Source: Lingula anatina (lineage: Eukaryota > Animalia > Brachiopoda). From it: a DNA stretch of 64,000 nucleotides. Shown one piece after another: positions 36,636-50,978 of the stretch (positions are counted from its first letter, which is position 1; each line of letters starts with the position of its first letter). The position numbers and the translations under genes are program-made. The notes beneath the pieces are model-generated. The model had not been told where the DNA came from, did no database searches, and was given only the letters and a program-made list of their open reading frames with translations. The stretch lies in NCBI GenBank assembly GCA_051362555.1, contig CM120642.1:19840001-19904000 (forward strand), given 5' to 3'.

Positions 36636-38772
36636 GATTTTGCTTTTCAGGTTTTCGCTTGGTTTATATGTTATGGGCAAGTAGTGCCGTTCAAATATAT
36701 ATTCACAAAAAGTGTTAATTGGTGAATGGTAAAATTCGTGATTTGACAATATTCTCCTGTGAATGGATACAACTGGAGACTCAGGTAAAGTTCTCACTTA
36801 TGGCGTCCTCTAGGCGGATTTGTTTCTTCTCTCTGCAAACGAGAAAATAAAAACAAAGGACAATTAACCAATTAGGGAAATAGCATAGCAATTGACTTAA
36901 GTGCTACTTTCGCAATCGATCACAATAAAGGCCTTATTTATCATGGCGCTTACATATTTCTCTACAACAGGTTCGAACAACAATGAACCCAAACCAATTA
37001 CAATAGAGGCAATTAAATACAACCCAAATGAATTATTAGGAGTGTGGTGTATGTGTATGTTATGATTAAGACATTAAGTGATATGGTTCTTTCATTAAAT
37101 GTTAAAATAAATGTGATACAGCAATGAAGGCAATTGGTAAGGAATACAATTCTATTTGCATTTTTATTGGTTGGATTGATAAAAAAGCATCGTAACCAGC
37201 GCGAACACAGCACTGTCCTAATGGGAATGGAGCACTAAATCAACATCCAATTCCTTTAATTGATATTTCCATAGTATTTGGTCAGACCAAATGGCCGTGC
37301 AATGAAACAAGGCATGTAATGATAGATCAAAGACAATTCTCAAACTACCATATTGAGTAAATTAGAAGTGAGATGCAGTTATCAAATTAAGTGTATCCAT
37401 CCATGTTGTATTTTGGTCGAACTTCTGTTCTGTTGGTTGTTTTCAAAATGCAGATAATAATGAAACTTAGACAATATGACCACATAATTGAAGCAAATTG
37501 TACTGCTTCTATTTTTGCAGTCCTCTGCTGTTTGACCGAATTGTTTGAATCCCTTCTATGGACCTATCTAAGGTTCATCAGATAAAAAGTCTCAGAGCCA
37601 TTAATTTTTTCTCATCTATTTAGTAGATATACGGGCGACTAGTCGGCGACTGAAATAAACGCCGCGCCTTGTGTCACAAGATGGACTTTTTAAGTTTTGT
37701 TTAATTGGGATGACAAGCACAAGGGATATTTGAAATAACACTGGTTATCTTAGATAATAACATGTCAATGCAAACGTTCCGTTTCCGTGAAGGTATCAAA
37801 ACGACAAATTAGTCAAATGGCCTTTTAAATACCTTGCGTTGATTGTTAAAAGCAAAGAGACTAATTTACAAGTGACCGCGGCTAATTAGGCTGATGGCCC
37901 AAACGGGTTTTAATGTGGCTTTTAGTGCAATCTGTCTCAATTACGACAACAATTATCTTTGATGAGTGTGGATGCCCCATAAATTTGACAGATATTACAC
38001 CATGAGTTAATACGATCGACCCGTGCGTGCACTCTAGCGCAATGAATCATTTTAGGTGTTTCTTTTATTAAAGACTAATGTTTACCCATGGCTAATGCCG
38101 ATTAAACTGTCGCAGGCTATTTGTTTTCCTTTTTTTCATCAAACATATAGTAACCGTATCAATACAAAGTAACTATTGTATACACCGTGCCTGTCAAGAT
38201 AGATAATTACCAGAGATGATGAACTATTTGGGTGACTCCAAAACCTTGCACAGCCTTCCAAACAATGCTTTTAAATTAAAACTGATAATCTAGATCTTAA
38301 GTAACCATAGCAATGTCTTTTCGTGAAATCCTTACACACAAACTGTATGGACACACCTGTCTGTTTCGCAAATGCCTTTAAATGTGTTAGTTGTTACATG
38401 TATTTGATGACGCATACGCATTTAAGTGTTAGAAGGAGTGTTGTCAGTTTTCAAACAAATTCTAAAACTTTCAATATTTAACAATATTTTGAATGATTTC
38501 AAAGCAATAAAAATGACTTTCAAGATTCGGAATTAGCCATTGAACATGGTACGCGTATTTATTTAATTTTAATTTTTTTATCTTAAACATTGATAGTGTA
38601 CAAAGCACTAAGACGAACGTAGAGCACTCATAATAATATTATTAACAATTATGATTATTATTAATTTAGAACTTAAATCAACCATTTAAACATGTAGAAA
38701 ATGTGCGTCCATAACGAAATCATAACCTTTTAACCAAATAGACAATCATATAGAGTTTAAATGAAAGCTTAT

Positions 38773-39015
38773 CAGTGGTGGATTTAGTGGGGGGGGGGGT
38801 ATCAGAGGGGTCCTGCATTTTCGTCCTGAATTAGAATTTTGACTAGCTGATTTATAGTACTAAACCGTACCAAATGGCACCGTTCGCCCTCTAAAATACC
38901 AGATATATTCGGGGCCCTTCAGCGCGCCCTGAACCCTACGACAAACAGTGGGGTGGGGGTGGGGCGCCTTTCGCATCCGCGGACCCCCCTTCAAATAATC
39001 CTGGATCCACCCCTG
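38773..39015. mobile_element. MITE (CAGTGG/CAGGGG..GGAT termini family)
   Basis: Termini CAGTGGTGGAT and ATCCACCCCTG. The interior (GGCACCGTTCGCCCTCT) matches the copy at 52561-52796 in the opposite orientation. Confidence 0.75.
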
Positions 39016-40123
39016 CTTATTATACTTCCGAAAATACATTTGATGCTGTATCTGTAATATATTCGGCGTGCAGCAAATGATATAGCAAGAGTACAATTTT
39101 CTAAGAGTCAAATGGAGTAAATTATAATTTCATGGTATTTTGAGTGAGTAGTGTCATTTGTGTACAAATTAAATGTGTTTATTAACGTAACACAGCGTAG
39201 TAAATAGCGTAAACGCCAACAAAGAAAATAGTTAAAACTACAGACAATGTTATATGTTCTTGTTGAGAATAAATATTTGTAAAGAAAGATTTATCAAGAG
39301 GCAACAAGAAAGAACAAGAAAAAACAACAAGAAAAAAAGGCAACATGCATGCAATATTATACGCTCTCGTCAAGAGGACAAAAGAAAAATATATTAAGAA
39401 AGCCAGTGTATATAAAAAGGGGAAATTAGAAAGCATAAAAACAGCCACAACTGTACTGACCACAGTAGGAATAAGTATATCACCCTTAGGCTGTATATCA
39501 AATCCAGGACAGGTCTTCGGTTCAAATACGAATACAGCAGTACGAGAACTCATAACATTGAAAGGAAAATGCACGCTAACCAATCTCAAAATTTCTCTAA
39601 AAAATATGCCCTTGCGTCAAACTAACCAACTTTGTATAACCTATACATCAAAATATGAGACAGTGGTGATGTTCAAGTCGCTCCCTTACACGCATAAAAT
39701 GTGAATGCGGACCTCAAAATGGACAAAACGGAAGAGGAGTTAAACTGATAGGCAAGTAGAACGCGATATCTTTTGTGCGACACATCTTGGGGACTGCTAC
39801 TAGTGTACATGTATGCGTCTTATATGCTTGTCTGTGCTAAGGGCCTGTGAATTTAATGCCTGAATATCTGTCTTAAAGTAGAACAAAATCGTTTATCACC
39901 CTCTAGCTTCCAAATATCCCTTAAGAAATGTGACTATCATTTATTTACAACTTAAAAGAAATCTTGGGTCCTACGAAAAGTTTCTGAATATTTTAATTAA
40001 AAGGGCACATGCTACTTTTGCATTTCCCAGTAAAATTAATGGTAAATGTACTGATAGCTTACCTGAATTAACTAGATGGAAATAATGGGCGGTGGTACTG
40101 TATAATGAATTCACGTTAACAAA

Positions 40124-42089
40124 ACCGGTGTCAAGCAACACAGAGTCCTACCATTCTAGGGTCCGGCGGACCCGGTGTTTTAAAACTGAGAGTCCGGCGG
40201 ACTCCCTGTCTCGAAATAACGGGTCCCGGACTCTATGTTCTGAAATGTAGAGTCCCCCTAGACACTCTATTTCAGTACGGAAAGTCCTAGGACCCTACGT
40301 TTTAATACTGAAAGTCCGCATTGAAGAGCAATAATGAAATCTCACACTTAAAACATATTGTTAACTGATACAGAGGGAAGAATTATAAGGATTAAAGGTA
40401 AAATAAACATTCTTAACCTCTGTTAAAGTGTAACGCGTAGTATAAATGTGCATTGTTCGCATTTCATAAACTAATTTGCAGGATTATCTTTTGTATGCAA
40501 TTGAGAAAGAACATCACTTAAGAAATATAAATTTATTCAGAATACATAAGTGCCCTTGGTGAACTTCCTGATTTTACAAAAATGTTTATTTTATTAATCA
40601 ATATTGTAATTGTTTTTTCTCCTCAATGTCATTTTCTCTTTGTCGTGCATTTCTTGTAACAAGGCAGTTTTCTTATCTTCGCTTTCTACTACTTTCCTCC
40701 ATCTCCCCTTCTTCCTCTCTTCATTTCCACTCTCTACTCCAACTGCATGTATCTTTCTTACAGCTCTGTAATATAAGCAGCAGCTTTCGAGCTAAAACAG
40801 AAATGTTAATATGTACCTTAAATGTACATGTAAGTTTCGCTTTTATTAAACAGTCTTGAAGTTAAACGAGTATTAATGTATAAAACTTATAATTAATTTA
40901 TAATGGTTTGCAGCGCTTCTCCTTATTGCTCTTTTCTGATTGTCGGTTGTTCGTCTTCTGTACCTGCCATGTTGTAAATAAGGTCGCACTGCTTGAAAAT
41001 CCATGCTGACAGAGTAAGACATCGCGAAGAGCTAGCCATTTTATACCCTGAGAAACATGGAACACATTCCTTTTGGGTTGATTCAATTTTAATTTAGGTT
41101 ATGCAACTTAAATTAAAACTTTATATAAATTGGTAAACAAAATTAAATGAGTACATTTTTAATTACACTCCATAAGCATGTATATTTAATAACTAATTAA
41201 TTTCGTCAGTTTCCAGAAAATACATATTTTGCACAATTTGGCATTGATGCACTGTATAACGCTAGCTGTCACACATTTATGTCACACATTTATGTCATTG
41301 TAGCCTAAGTCACGCGTATAGTCTAAATAAAAGGAACGTTTTGCACAGTTTAGCATCGATTCATTTAATTGTGTATCACTAGCTTGCAAACATGTGCGAG
41401 TGGTAATCAAATAAGTCACGCGTGTATATAGTCCAAAGCATCACAATGCAATGGGATATGTGTGAAATATTTTAAGTAAGTCCAATTAAAAAAGGTATGG
41501 AATGTAATCAAAAGTGAGTATAACACATATTATTGCGGAATGACACATTATAAATGGACAGTAAGTTAAATATTTAACTATAGATTTAAAAAACAAGAGT
41601 GACTCTAATGTGGGACTCGAACCAACATATTGTTTAATTTCTGCATACTTCCCTGTCGTTGGATACCATAGTAGGCTTATCTCCCGTGTCGCTGTCCACT
41701 ACACCACCAGGTCGTTGTGCAAACCACCGCCGTTTTGTTATATTACATTTACTTGCATCAAGGGTTTGCTTTTTTATAATTCTATTATACCCAGATTGTC
41801 AATATAAAGCGCTTTTACTAAATATCTACTATTCTACAGTAGGACCCTAGCTTTTAGACCAAGTTCTTCTGTATGACGGGCGGACTCTGTGTTTCGTGAT
41901 AGCTGTCATGAAACGTAGGGTCCGGTTAAATGCAGGGTCCGGGGGACCCTGTATATTATATTCAATTATCATGATACAGAGTCTGGGACTCGTTATTTCA
42001 GAAACCAGGGGTCCGTAGGACCCCTGGTTTCTGAAATAACGGGTCCCGGACTTTCTGTCATGGGGGACCTTCTGGTACATGACACCGGT
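40124..42089. mobile_element. Non-autonomous DNA transposon-like element with subterminal repeats
   Basis: Short TIR ACCGGTGTCA / TGACACCGGT. Arrays of palindromic subterminal units (GGGTCCGGCGGACCC, GAAATAACGGGTCCCGGACT) lie at 40145-40320 and 41840-42070. No transposase ORF and no clear TSD. Confidence 0.7.
41600..41713 (-). other. tRNA-derived (pseudo-tRNA / Pol III promoter-like) cassette inside the transposon
   Basis: The minus strand reads GACCTGG TGGTGTAGTGG (A box) ... GTTGGTTCGAGTCCCAC (B box / T arm) ... GTCA, followed by a T6 run. The acceptor stem is imperfect and the central region is expanded. Confidence 0.6.
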
Positions 42090-44944
42090 ATTGCTGCATG
42101 AAATGGTTGAATAAACATGTAGAACAACCGTGGCTTGTGGACGGAAGCCGTAGAGAAACCACATAGTTTACCAAAAAATGTCATACATGTAAAAATGGAC
42201 TATGGGTCACAATGTGACATCGGAATGTACCAGTCAGCCGACCAGTAGAGTTGGCGAACACTGACCAATTTATGGAATGTGTTACTTGTAGGCACAGTTG
42301 TGTATAAATTTACATTATATTGTATTTTACATGTACATACCTGGTTAATTCGAGGAGTTGCAGGGCCTAAATACATGTGGTCCGAGAGCCGATGTCGCAT
42401 TGTCAATATGTTGGTATGGAGTATAACTCTATAATGCTACGTAGAAATAATTAGTTTACTCATCGTGTACCGATGTGAATGTCCTGATCCGGAGAACCAA
42501 TCTAAGGTAACTACAGGTATGCGTCGCACTGTAAGGGCTGCCATGAATGGAGCGCGTTTATTGGCCAGTAGCCCCATGCCAGGGAATATATATTCGACCC
42601 TGATCTGAGCAAATATCTTGTTATTTACACCGAACCGAGACCTTAACAAGGACCTACCGTAGGATAGCGGTATGTGACTGCTGCTGGGTAACACCGATTA
42701 GGACAAGTGTTTAAAAAGGTGCGCTACTTGTCCTTCTAACTGTTCTAACAGAGTGAATATCCGGCAGTAGATACATGTAAGTTGTGCTACAGTGAAAGTC
42801 TGTCCTGTTGATAATTAGACAGGGCGCGGAGAGGTACCTTTGTTAAAGGTGACATTTTTTTTCATGATGAAAGTGATTTTGACGTCATTGTAGATTAGAA
42901 AGATAGTCTTTTAGTCAGCTGTGTCTATATTTAACATCTCACTCGTTACTTGACTTGAAGTGCCGTGTGGATAAGTATATCACACCCGTAAATGCTCGTA
43001 TCTTTTCTGTGGTAGCTTACTTCGTTACTTTGACACTTATCCCGAATTCACCCTCTGAAATATGGGGCCCTCTATACTGTGCAGAATTACACTATCGCCT
43101 TCAACATTTTTGTAACAGCTAGCACATCCATTGATCAGACAGTAACCTTAATCTACAGTGTACTCGACTAAATCTTCCGAGAGAGAGGAGGGGGAGTGGG
43201 AGAGAGTTCCTTCTACTATGCTAGGATATATTTCACCTCAAGATAGAATTGTAAAGTGTCATCTTACCGTGACAGGTGAACCACTGTTTTCTCTCACACA
43301 TGTAAATGACCAAGGTGAGAGGCTTGTGGTGTCAGGGCACGTAGTGTAAGTTCAAAGGCGCGTGATGTTGCTGTTGACTGTCCTCGCCACAGTCCCCTAC
43401 CGTCTGTCCGGACCGCAGAGATGTTTTCATCACAAGATATTCACAGATAATTACCTGGTTAAGCTAGTTTATATTTCTGGCCAGTTAGAACGTTTGCACG
43501 AAAATTCAGAAATGGCGCCGTCAGACAGCTAGGCTCCGGTTGAGAGAAATAGATACCGGCAGACGACACAAAGACCACACACAACAGATAATTTTTTTGT
43601 CTACGATCAGGGGTACGTTTGCTTGTAAAGAGCCACGCTCGAAACATTATGACCAGGCTTTTACACATTTCATGAAATGTTAAGGACAAGTCAAAATTGG
43701 TCATTCTCAGAATCGATTAGATTTCTGTGATAATCAATTAATTAATTAATTAATTAATTAATGAGAATAATGATAATTGCATTGCCTTGGCGGAGGCCCG
43801 CGGTCTGTAATTCACTGTGGGACAATAATTGCAATAAGGTGCCTAACTGGGGTATATTGCACTTCATTGTTGCGGCAGATAAACAAGGTGTTATGTAGTT
43901 GTACAAGTACCGGTACTTGTAACAGCTAGTACAAGTTATCGTGGCTCATTTAGTAGTGATATATACCGAATTATAAGTTAATACGGCGTGGCAGCTTCCA
44001 CCGCATCTGAAGTAGAAAATATTCAAAACAGGTACGGTGGGTTATTATTCAGCTTAAAATGACATGGTGCCCTTGTGTACAGAATCCAGTTATTATGTAC
44101 GTTTGTGGTTTTTTACATGTACCTGGCTCTAAAGTAGCATTTAACGGTTATTTAGTTGTTGTTTTTTTTTTCAATTTGCCTGAAGGTTGTTTCACTCGCA
44201 CAATACACATTCACCTGTCAAGACTGGTAAAATGGAAGGTGGTAATTTTAAACAATAGACAAAATGTGTTCAAAAGTAAAGAGGCGTATTATTGTACAGT
44301 AGCTTTTTTTGCGATATCAGCGGAGTGCAGTTTTCTACTGAGAAAAAGTTCGACAAATGAAAGAACAGGTCAAAATATGTAAATCTACTTTACGTCATTT
44401 GTCCACAGGTGAATAAGATAAGAATCAAGCTAGCAAATATAAAAATGCTCGAATTAACGAAGGTAAAAAGACATATGTACCCAGTACAGTAAATCAGACA
44501 AAATAATTGTGCATGTTAAGTTTTTCATTGCATACTCAAGTATAAATTTATTCTGTTATATAAATATAAACGTATGTTTTTTTTACATTTCAGGACCGCA
44601 TTTCGGCAGGAACTTGTTGATATTTTCCTGATGGAACCTTCGTTCTCTCATATCAACAAGTAAGATACAAGTACCAGAAACGTTGTTTTCCAATAGAGTC
44701 CATACTGTTTTTTTTTCAGGAACTGATGCCTATACATCTCTCACTCAGTGGGCGGAATATTACCAACTGCATAATCTTTCATCTCTCCCAGCTTACACCC
44801 GTCGCGATAATAACATTACGAAGCAAGCATAAGTACCTCTAGAGGTCACGTCTATAAAAAGGCAGCTTCACGTAAATGGGAAACAATGATGACGCTTATT
44901 GATGTAACAATATTTGGTAACTATTCACACGTCACATTGTAAGT

Positions 44945-47900
44945 ATGGCAATGATGTATTTTCATCGTGGAATAATCGCAAGTGTTTTACTTGCAAGTAT
45001 CTGCCACTTACCTCAGAGCATTAATGCTCAGATTAACGGGACCGAATATTACCGGCCGAATACAGTGAAATTCCAAAGTGATGAAGACCCGTTGTTTCCC
45101 GGCATGTACCCTCTGAATTTACTTCAAACTATCCCGTTGTTTTATGGCACGAGGGTAGGTGTGCACTTTCGGAGATTTGACTTGGAGAAATCTCCTGGTT
45201 GTGACAATGACTACGTTGTGATCGTTGAAAGACGGTTCATTGAAATTGGTACAAGGAATACCATTTTATGGGGGCCGGTCTGTGGTCACCAGAGTACTGC
45301 CCAGTCCAGTTTCCTCAATGTTCAATTGATATTTGAAAAAGAAAATACGCACAGCGAGATATTTATGGTATTTTCAACCAATAAAGAAGTGAGAGCACTC
45401 GGATTTTCGGGCAACATCTATCCCGAAGCCCCGAGGGACATACCCTTCGACCGTGTGGACACGTGTACTCACACCGTAACTACGGCATGGGATGGATGGT
45501 TGAGAGTTAACCATGATCCATTTGCTAAAGCTCACAAGTCTTGTAATTTTCGTGTCACTGTTCCATTGGATCGCGTGCTTCAGTTCAGAGTTATCCCTGC
45601 AAATTTGTCGTCCTGTGGCCGGTTCGATTTTTATGACGTCACTGGTTACGGCGAAAAATGGCTGAGTACCCATTACCTGAACAGCACCGCTGCTGATGAC
45701 GTTTTAAGTAGGGGGTACGACCAAGTATCGGTGCACTGGACGCCATGCGGATCCTCTTTGCTGGAGGATGTTTTTGTAAACTACACTGCAGTCCCAAGAC
45801 AAATTGTCGAACGTGTACACTGCACGAACGGATACGTTCTTTTTGAAGGAAACTGTTACAAATTTTCCACCTTCACGCGGGGTCTTTCTTGGGAGCAAGC
45901 TGAAAGCAAATGTGGTCTTGAAAATGGTCACTTAGTCAGCATACAGAGCAGGGGAGAAATGCGTTTCCTCAACAGAATCATCAACAATCACCAAAAGAGG
46001 TACTTCGCGACAATGTGTGACAGTTACTACCAAAGAGGTGGCATCTTCATAGGCTTAAAGTCGCAAGAGAAGGTAAGACGATCTCTAATACTTAAAATCT
46101 ATATGTATAATTTCTTTCGAACGTGGCTAGGTGACCATGTCGTGGGATTTATAATATGTCAGAAAATGGAATCAATACCTCAGAAGTAAGTTTTCATACC
46201 GACACTCATTCTCAATATATGGGCCCATTCAACAGTTTTTTTAAAGGGATAATAACTCTTCGTATGAAATCTATATTTCACAATAAAAACATTGTGAATA
46301 ACTCATAGAAATATAATATATTATGTCTTACGACGAAAACAGCAGTTATAGCTATTATTCTGATATCTGAGCTTGTCTTCAGATCACGTGACCTCCATTG
46401 ATGGCTATACTCTGTTATAATCTCTTAAGAGATTTTAACATAAAACCAAACTTTTTAGAAAAAAACCAGGGACTTACTTTGAATGTAAAAATGGATTCAT
46501 TAACCATTGGTAAGCATGGGAAAATTGTTGTTTACTCCAGGAAAATTCATTTTTTGGCCAAAACGAAGAGTTATTATCCCTTTAAGTTTATGAAAAGTAA
46601 GCGAGCGGAAGAATATTTTGTTCAAGTGGAACTTTACTACATGTAACATATCTGTCTAGCAACTTAATAATAAAAAGTACTAGATTCTTTATCTCACCAA
46701 AAACATAGACGGACTAAAAATTTAAACCTCCTTACTGTTGCACGCAGCACCATCACATTCTCCAATTGATCTAGCTTATTTTTACTAAAGTAGAAAATCT
46801 GCCACACGCCAGAAAGCGAATATGATGACTAACGCCTTAGAAATATCTAGAAGGTTTATTTTAAATAATTCGTGATCAATAAGTAGCCTGCGTCTACTTT
46901 CCCGTTGTCGCCGGGTTTTTAAAAAATTGCAAAATAAAGCTTCATCATGATCACGTCCTTTGGCGCCGGTCATCATTTTTAGTTGTTTGATGTTTTTGGA
47001 ATATTTTAGCCATTGATTAAATCTTCAATTCAGTTACATTCATGATAAGTTAGGTTATATGGAGACGGGGCACTATAAAATGATTTACATGAAATAGGAC
47101 AAAACTGCATTCTCTTAGAAATTAACTTGCAAAACCTTCGATAGTGGGCATTGTTGATAAAATATACTTGAGTTTGAGTACAAAAGGTGTCAGTAAATAA
47201 AAGCGCATCTCGTAATACCCCTTTTGCTCAGTCTAATTTTTGTTGGTTAAGGGTCTTTATTTTTAAAATTTTCGTTACTCAAGCAGCTGAAACTTTCGTT
47301 ACTAAGCAATAATCAGGAAAGTTTTCCATGATTTACGCAAAAAGCTATAAATCCGACACTCTCTGTCACCGGAGATTTAGAAAAAACTAGAATGTGCTAA
47401 AAAATCTGTAACTTAATGTTTCACATTTCTGTTTGCTTCAAATGGACCCATAGATTGAGAATGAGTACAAAAGCTTAAGTTATATGACCACTTACAAATT
47501 TTACAGCGCAGCTGGTATTAGAAAGTTGGTTACATCCCATTATCTTCACGCGTGTTATCTACCAGCAGGTAGTCTTGTACGGGGCAAATTTGCCTTTGTT
47601 TCAATTTGACATTTTTCCTTTCATGTTAAGACATTCCTGTTTAACTGGACGGACGGAAGTCCCTATGTGTATTCAGAGTGGTATGGGCCCACGATATACG
47701 GCTATGATCAGTACGGCGTCCCAGATTCCTTAAAGGCGGTCTTTAAAGAAGACGTTCTCCAGCCGGTAGCACAAGAAACGTTACAGTGCTCAGTAATGAT
47801 GGCTTTTAGTCCTTTGTCCAATGGCTCCCCGCATGGAAAAAGTCGCTGGGCAAATTGGATTAAAGTCCCATGCCACCGACCGTTCTGTTGCATGAGCTCA

Positions 47901-50900
47901 GTTTGCAAAAAGCCTGCCACTTCTGCTACAGCTCATTTTAGGGATGAAAATGTATCCGCGGACGTCTTCAACGCTGACGCTAAAGTGAAGGTACTCTCAC
48001 CGGCACATGAACTATACTGTCCCGATAAATGGGTATATATTGAAGGTCGTTGCTTGTTCTTATACACTCTCAGCACTTTTGGGATAAGGCCAGTCGCTTC
48101 CTCCGAAAGAGAATACCAGGTCTGCTCTGACTCCAGGGAGTGGTTTTTGACTCCAAATATGAGTATGACATATTATGCTGCTGCAGCAAAATGTGCATCA
48201 CTTAAAGGACATGTTGCCTCTCTTCCGACTGATGCCTCGCTGGAAGTCGCAAAAATACAGGAATATTTTTCGCTGTGGGGAAAGGAACAGCACTGGCTAT
48301 ATCATGATGCTTTATTAATGGATTTCGCAATGGAGAGCGGAGGACTACTACAAATACGGTTTTCCGACTTTATGCAACCGTGGATTAGAACTCAGCGCGG
48401 AACGTGTGCGCAGGGTTTGGGACCAATGCCCACTTTGGAACAAGAAGTATCGCACTGCCTCAATGACAGCAGCACGCGTTCAATGTATGTGCTCTGTGAG
48501 ACGCAGCCTCTAAGGGAAACTAGCGGCTGCTTGAAACACCAGTTCCAGTGTAATGATGGGGTGTGTATCTCCATTGTGCACCTGTGTGACGGCGAACCTG
48601 ACTGCACGGACGGCGAGGACGAGGCCAACTGCGCATGCGACTTTGGAAGTTTTTCCTGTGCTGACAACTCTTGTATTTCTACAAGTAAAGTCTGCGATCA
48701 CAGACCCGACTGTGTCGACGGTAGCGACGAGTCATTTTGCATTCACCCGCCATGTAGAAGTGACAGCTTCCGGTGCAAGAACGGCCAGTGTGTTAAGCAG
48801 GAGAGCGTGTGTGATCTAACGGCCGACTGCATCGACGGGTCCGATGAAAGCCCAGAAAACACGTGTTCTTGTGAAAAAGGATTTCAGTGTTATACCAGCG
48901 AATGCATCAGAGCGCAGGCAGCTGATGACCGCTTTCCAGACTGCCCAGGAATTTCTCAAGAGGACGAGATACAAGACAGTGTCTGTGGAATATCTGTTGG
49001 GTATGAAATCATTGAACAGTTATATTGTCAAAAAGCAAATGATATTCGATGTACCTCAGGGCATGGGCATTGCTTTCCACGCCATCTGGCTTGCATACAC
49101 GATAAGGAATCGTATAAGGCACTGAACGTATGTAGAGGATTTGAACATCTCCAAAACTGCGAGACGTATCAATGTCCAAGTATGTTTAAATGCCCCATGT
49201 CATATTGTATACCGCTACGTCAGGTATGTGATGGACAGGAAGACTGTCCCAGAGGAGAAGACGAGGCGGACATTCTGTGTTCCAATTTCACTTGTCCAGG
49301 GAGGTTTCGTTGCAAGGGAGAGAAACAGTGTCTTCATCAAAGAGATGTGTGCAATGGTGTTGTGGATTGCATTCTTTCTGATGATGACGAAAAGCTGTGT
49401 GAAATTGCCGAGTGCCCGAATAATTGCACGTGTAGAGGCTACCTAACGGATTGCTCCGGTGCCGGTTTCATGACATTACCTTTACTACCCAATAATATAC
49501 GTTCGTTTACATTTGGAAACAATCAGTTAACATTGACCAACACCACCTTCAGTGGGTATTTGATGTTGATTAAATTAAACATAAGCTCAAACAGCTTGAA
49601 ACTTATCCCAGTTTATGCATTCCAACATCTAAATAATCTGATTGAGTTAGATATTTCTGATAATGGAATAGAACTGTTAAGTGATAAAACGTTTGCTGGC
49701 CTCCGCAATTTAAAATACCTGCATTTGAAGAGGAACCCTCTTGCCAAAATTGAAGTGGGCGCATTCAGCGAATTGAATCAAGTTCAATTGCTTGATCTTA
49801 GTTTCCTTAAAATCCGTACGATATATAGCGGCACGTTCAAAGGGATGGACGCGATCACTTCTCTTAACATCAGTTTCAACAAACTTTCAGCGGTACAGGA
49901 TGGAGCTTTTAAAGGTTTGCCAAAACTTAACCTCTTGGATATTTCTGGGAATGAAGGCGTAGTGGTAGACACTAATGCTTTTGACTCTTTCAGCGCACAG
50001 TTACTGAAGTCGGACAACTTTGGAATATGCTGCTTGGCAAGAAACAAAATTGATAACTGTTTACCAAAAGTCGATGAATTTTCTAGTTGTTACGACTTGC
50101 TTAAAAACAGTTTTCTTCAAGTAGCAGTATGGGTTGTTGGACTAACGGCTCTGTTTGGAAATATGGGTGTCTTAATATATAGTATCCATGTCATGTATAA
50201 AGGGGACTTAACCACAATGGGTCTGTATGTCACCAACCTCGCCACTGCAAATTTACTGATGGGCATTTATATGATAACGATTGGCTCCATGGACGCCACA
50301 TTCCGTGGACGTTTTGCTGCATTCTCTGCTGTATGGACTTCAAGCGCTACTTGTCAATTTGCTGGCTGTTTGTCATTACTGGCCAGTCAAATGGCTGTGA
50401 CAGTCCTGGCTTTAATTGCGACTGACAGACTGATAGCTATTGCATTCAGTGAAAAGGTTCCGAATATATCTCCAAAGGTTGCCGTTGCTTTGCTTCTCGG
50501 CAGCTGGGTGTTTTGGCTCATTCTTGGCGTCATTCCGACAACTGGAATTGATTTCTTTAAATACTTCTACGTTCACAATTCCGTATGCTTACCTTTCACG
50601 CTGAGTAAAGCTGACTTTGGAGGCAGGGCATACTCCAACGCTATATATGTGGTTTTCAACCTGATTGCCCTCGTGTACATATGTATCGCTTTTATTGTCA
50701 GAATGAGGTTTGCATTTAAGCCACAATCACACGAGGATAGAAGTCGAAACGACGCAATTTCTTTTAAAGGACTTTCCTTAATTATGATAAGTGACTTATT
50801 TTGCTGGGGTCCTGCAACTATATTGGGCCTAGTTAACGTGTCTGGTGGCTCTATTGCCCCCGATGTATCTGAATGGGTGGCTGTCCTTATTCTGACTATC

Positions 50901-50978
50901 AACTCGGCTCTAAATCCCTTGCTCTTTGTGATCGCTAATAGAAAGGTTTGCAGAAAGACGAAAAGGAAACCAACTTAA
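44945..50978 (+). CDS. GRL101-like: GRL101/LGR-type GPCR, copy 2 (same architecture; non-canonical 7TM switches), ~1491 aa
   Basis: Exons 44945-46072 (signal MAMMYFHRGIIASVLLASIC; donor AG|GTAAGA) and 47631-50978, phase 0. The intron lies in CTLD1 at the same position as in copy 1. CUB, CTLD, LDLa, LRR, hinge DEFSSCYDLL and seven hydrophobic helices are all present. Confidence 0.93.

Noticed and set aside
36636-36797. N-terminal 54 aa of ORF 35502..36797
   Set aside because: It begins at a non-ATG codon. The ATG at 36635 begins the signal peptide and matches the start of the paralog.
39182-39704. Hydrophobic 135-aa ORF and the overlapping 119-aa ORF
   Set aside because: The apparent TM character comes from the A-rich/T-rich low-complexity strand bias; no motif or splice support.
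41600-41713. Functional tRNA gene
   Set aside because: The acceptor and T stems are mismatched and no clear anticodon arm can be drawn. Kept only as tRNA-derived.
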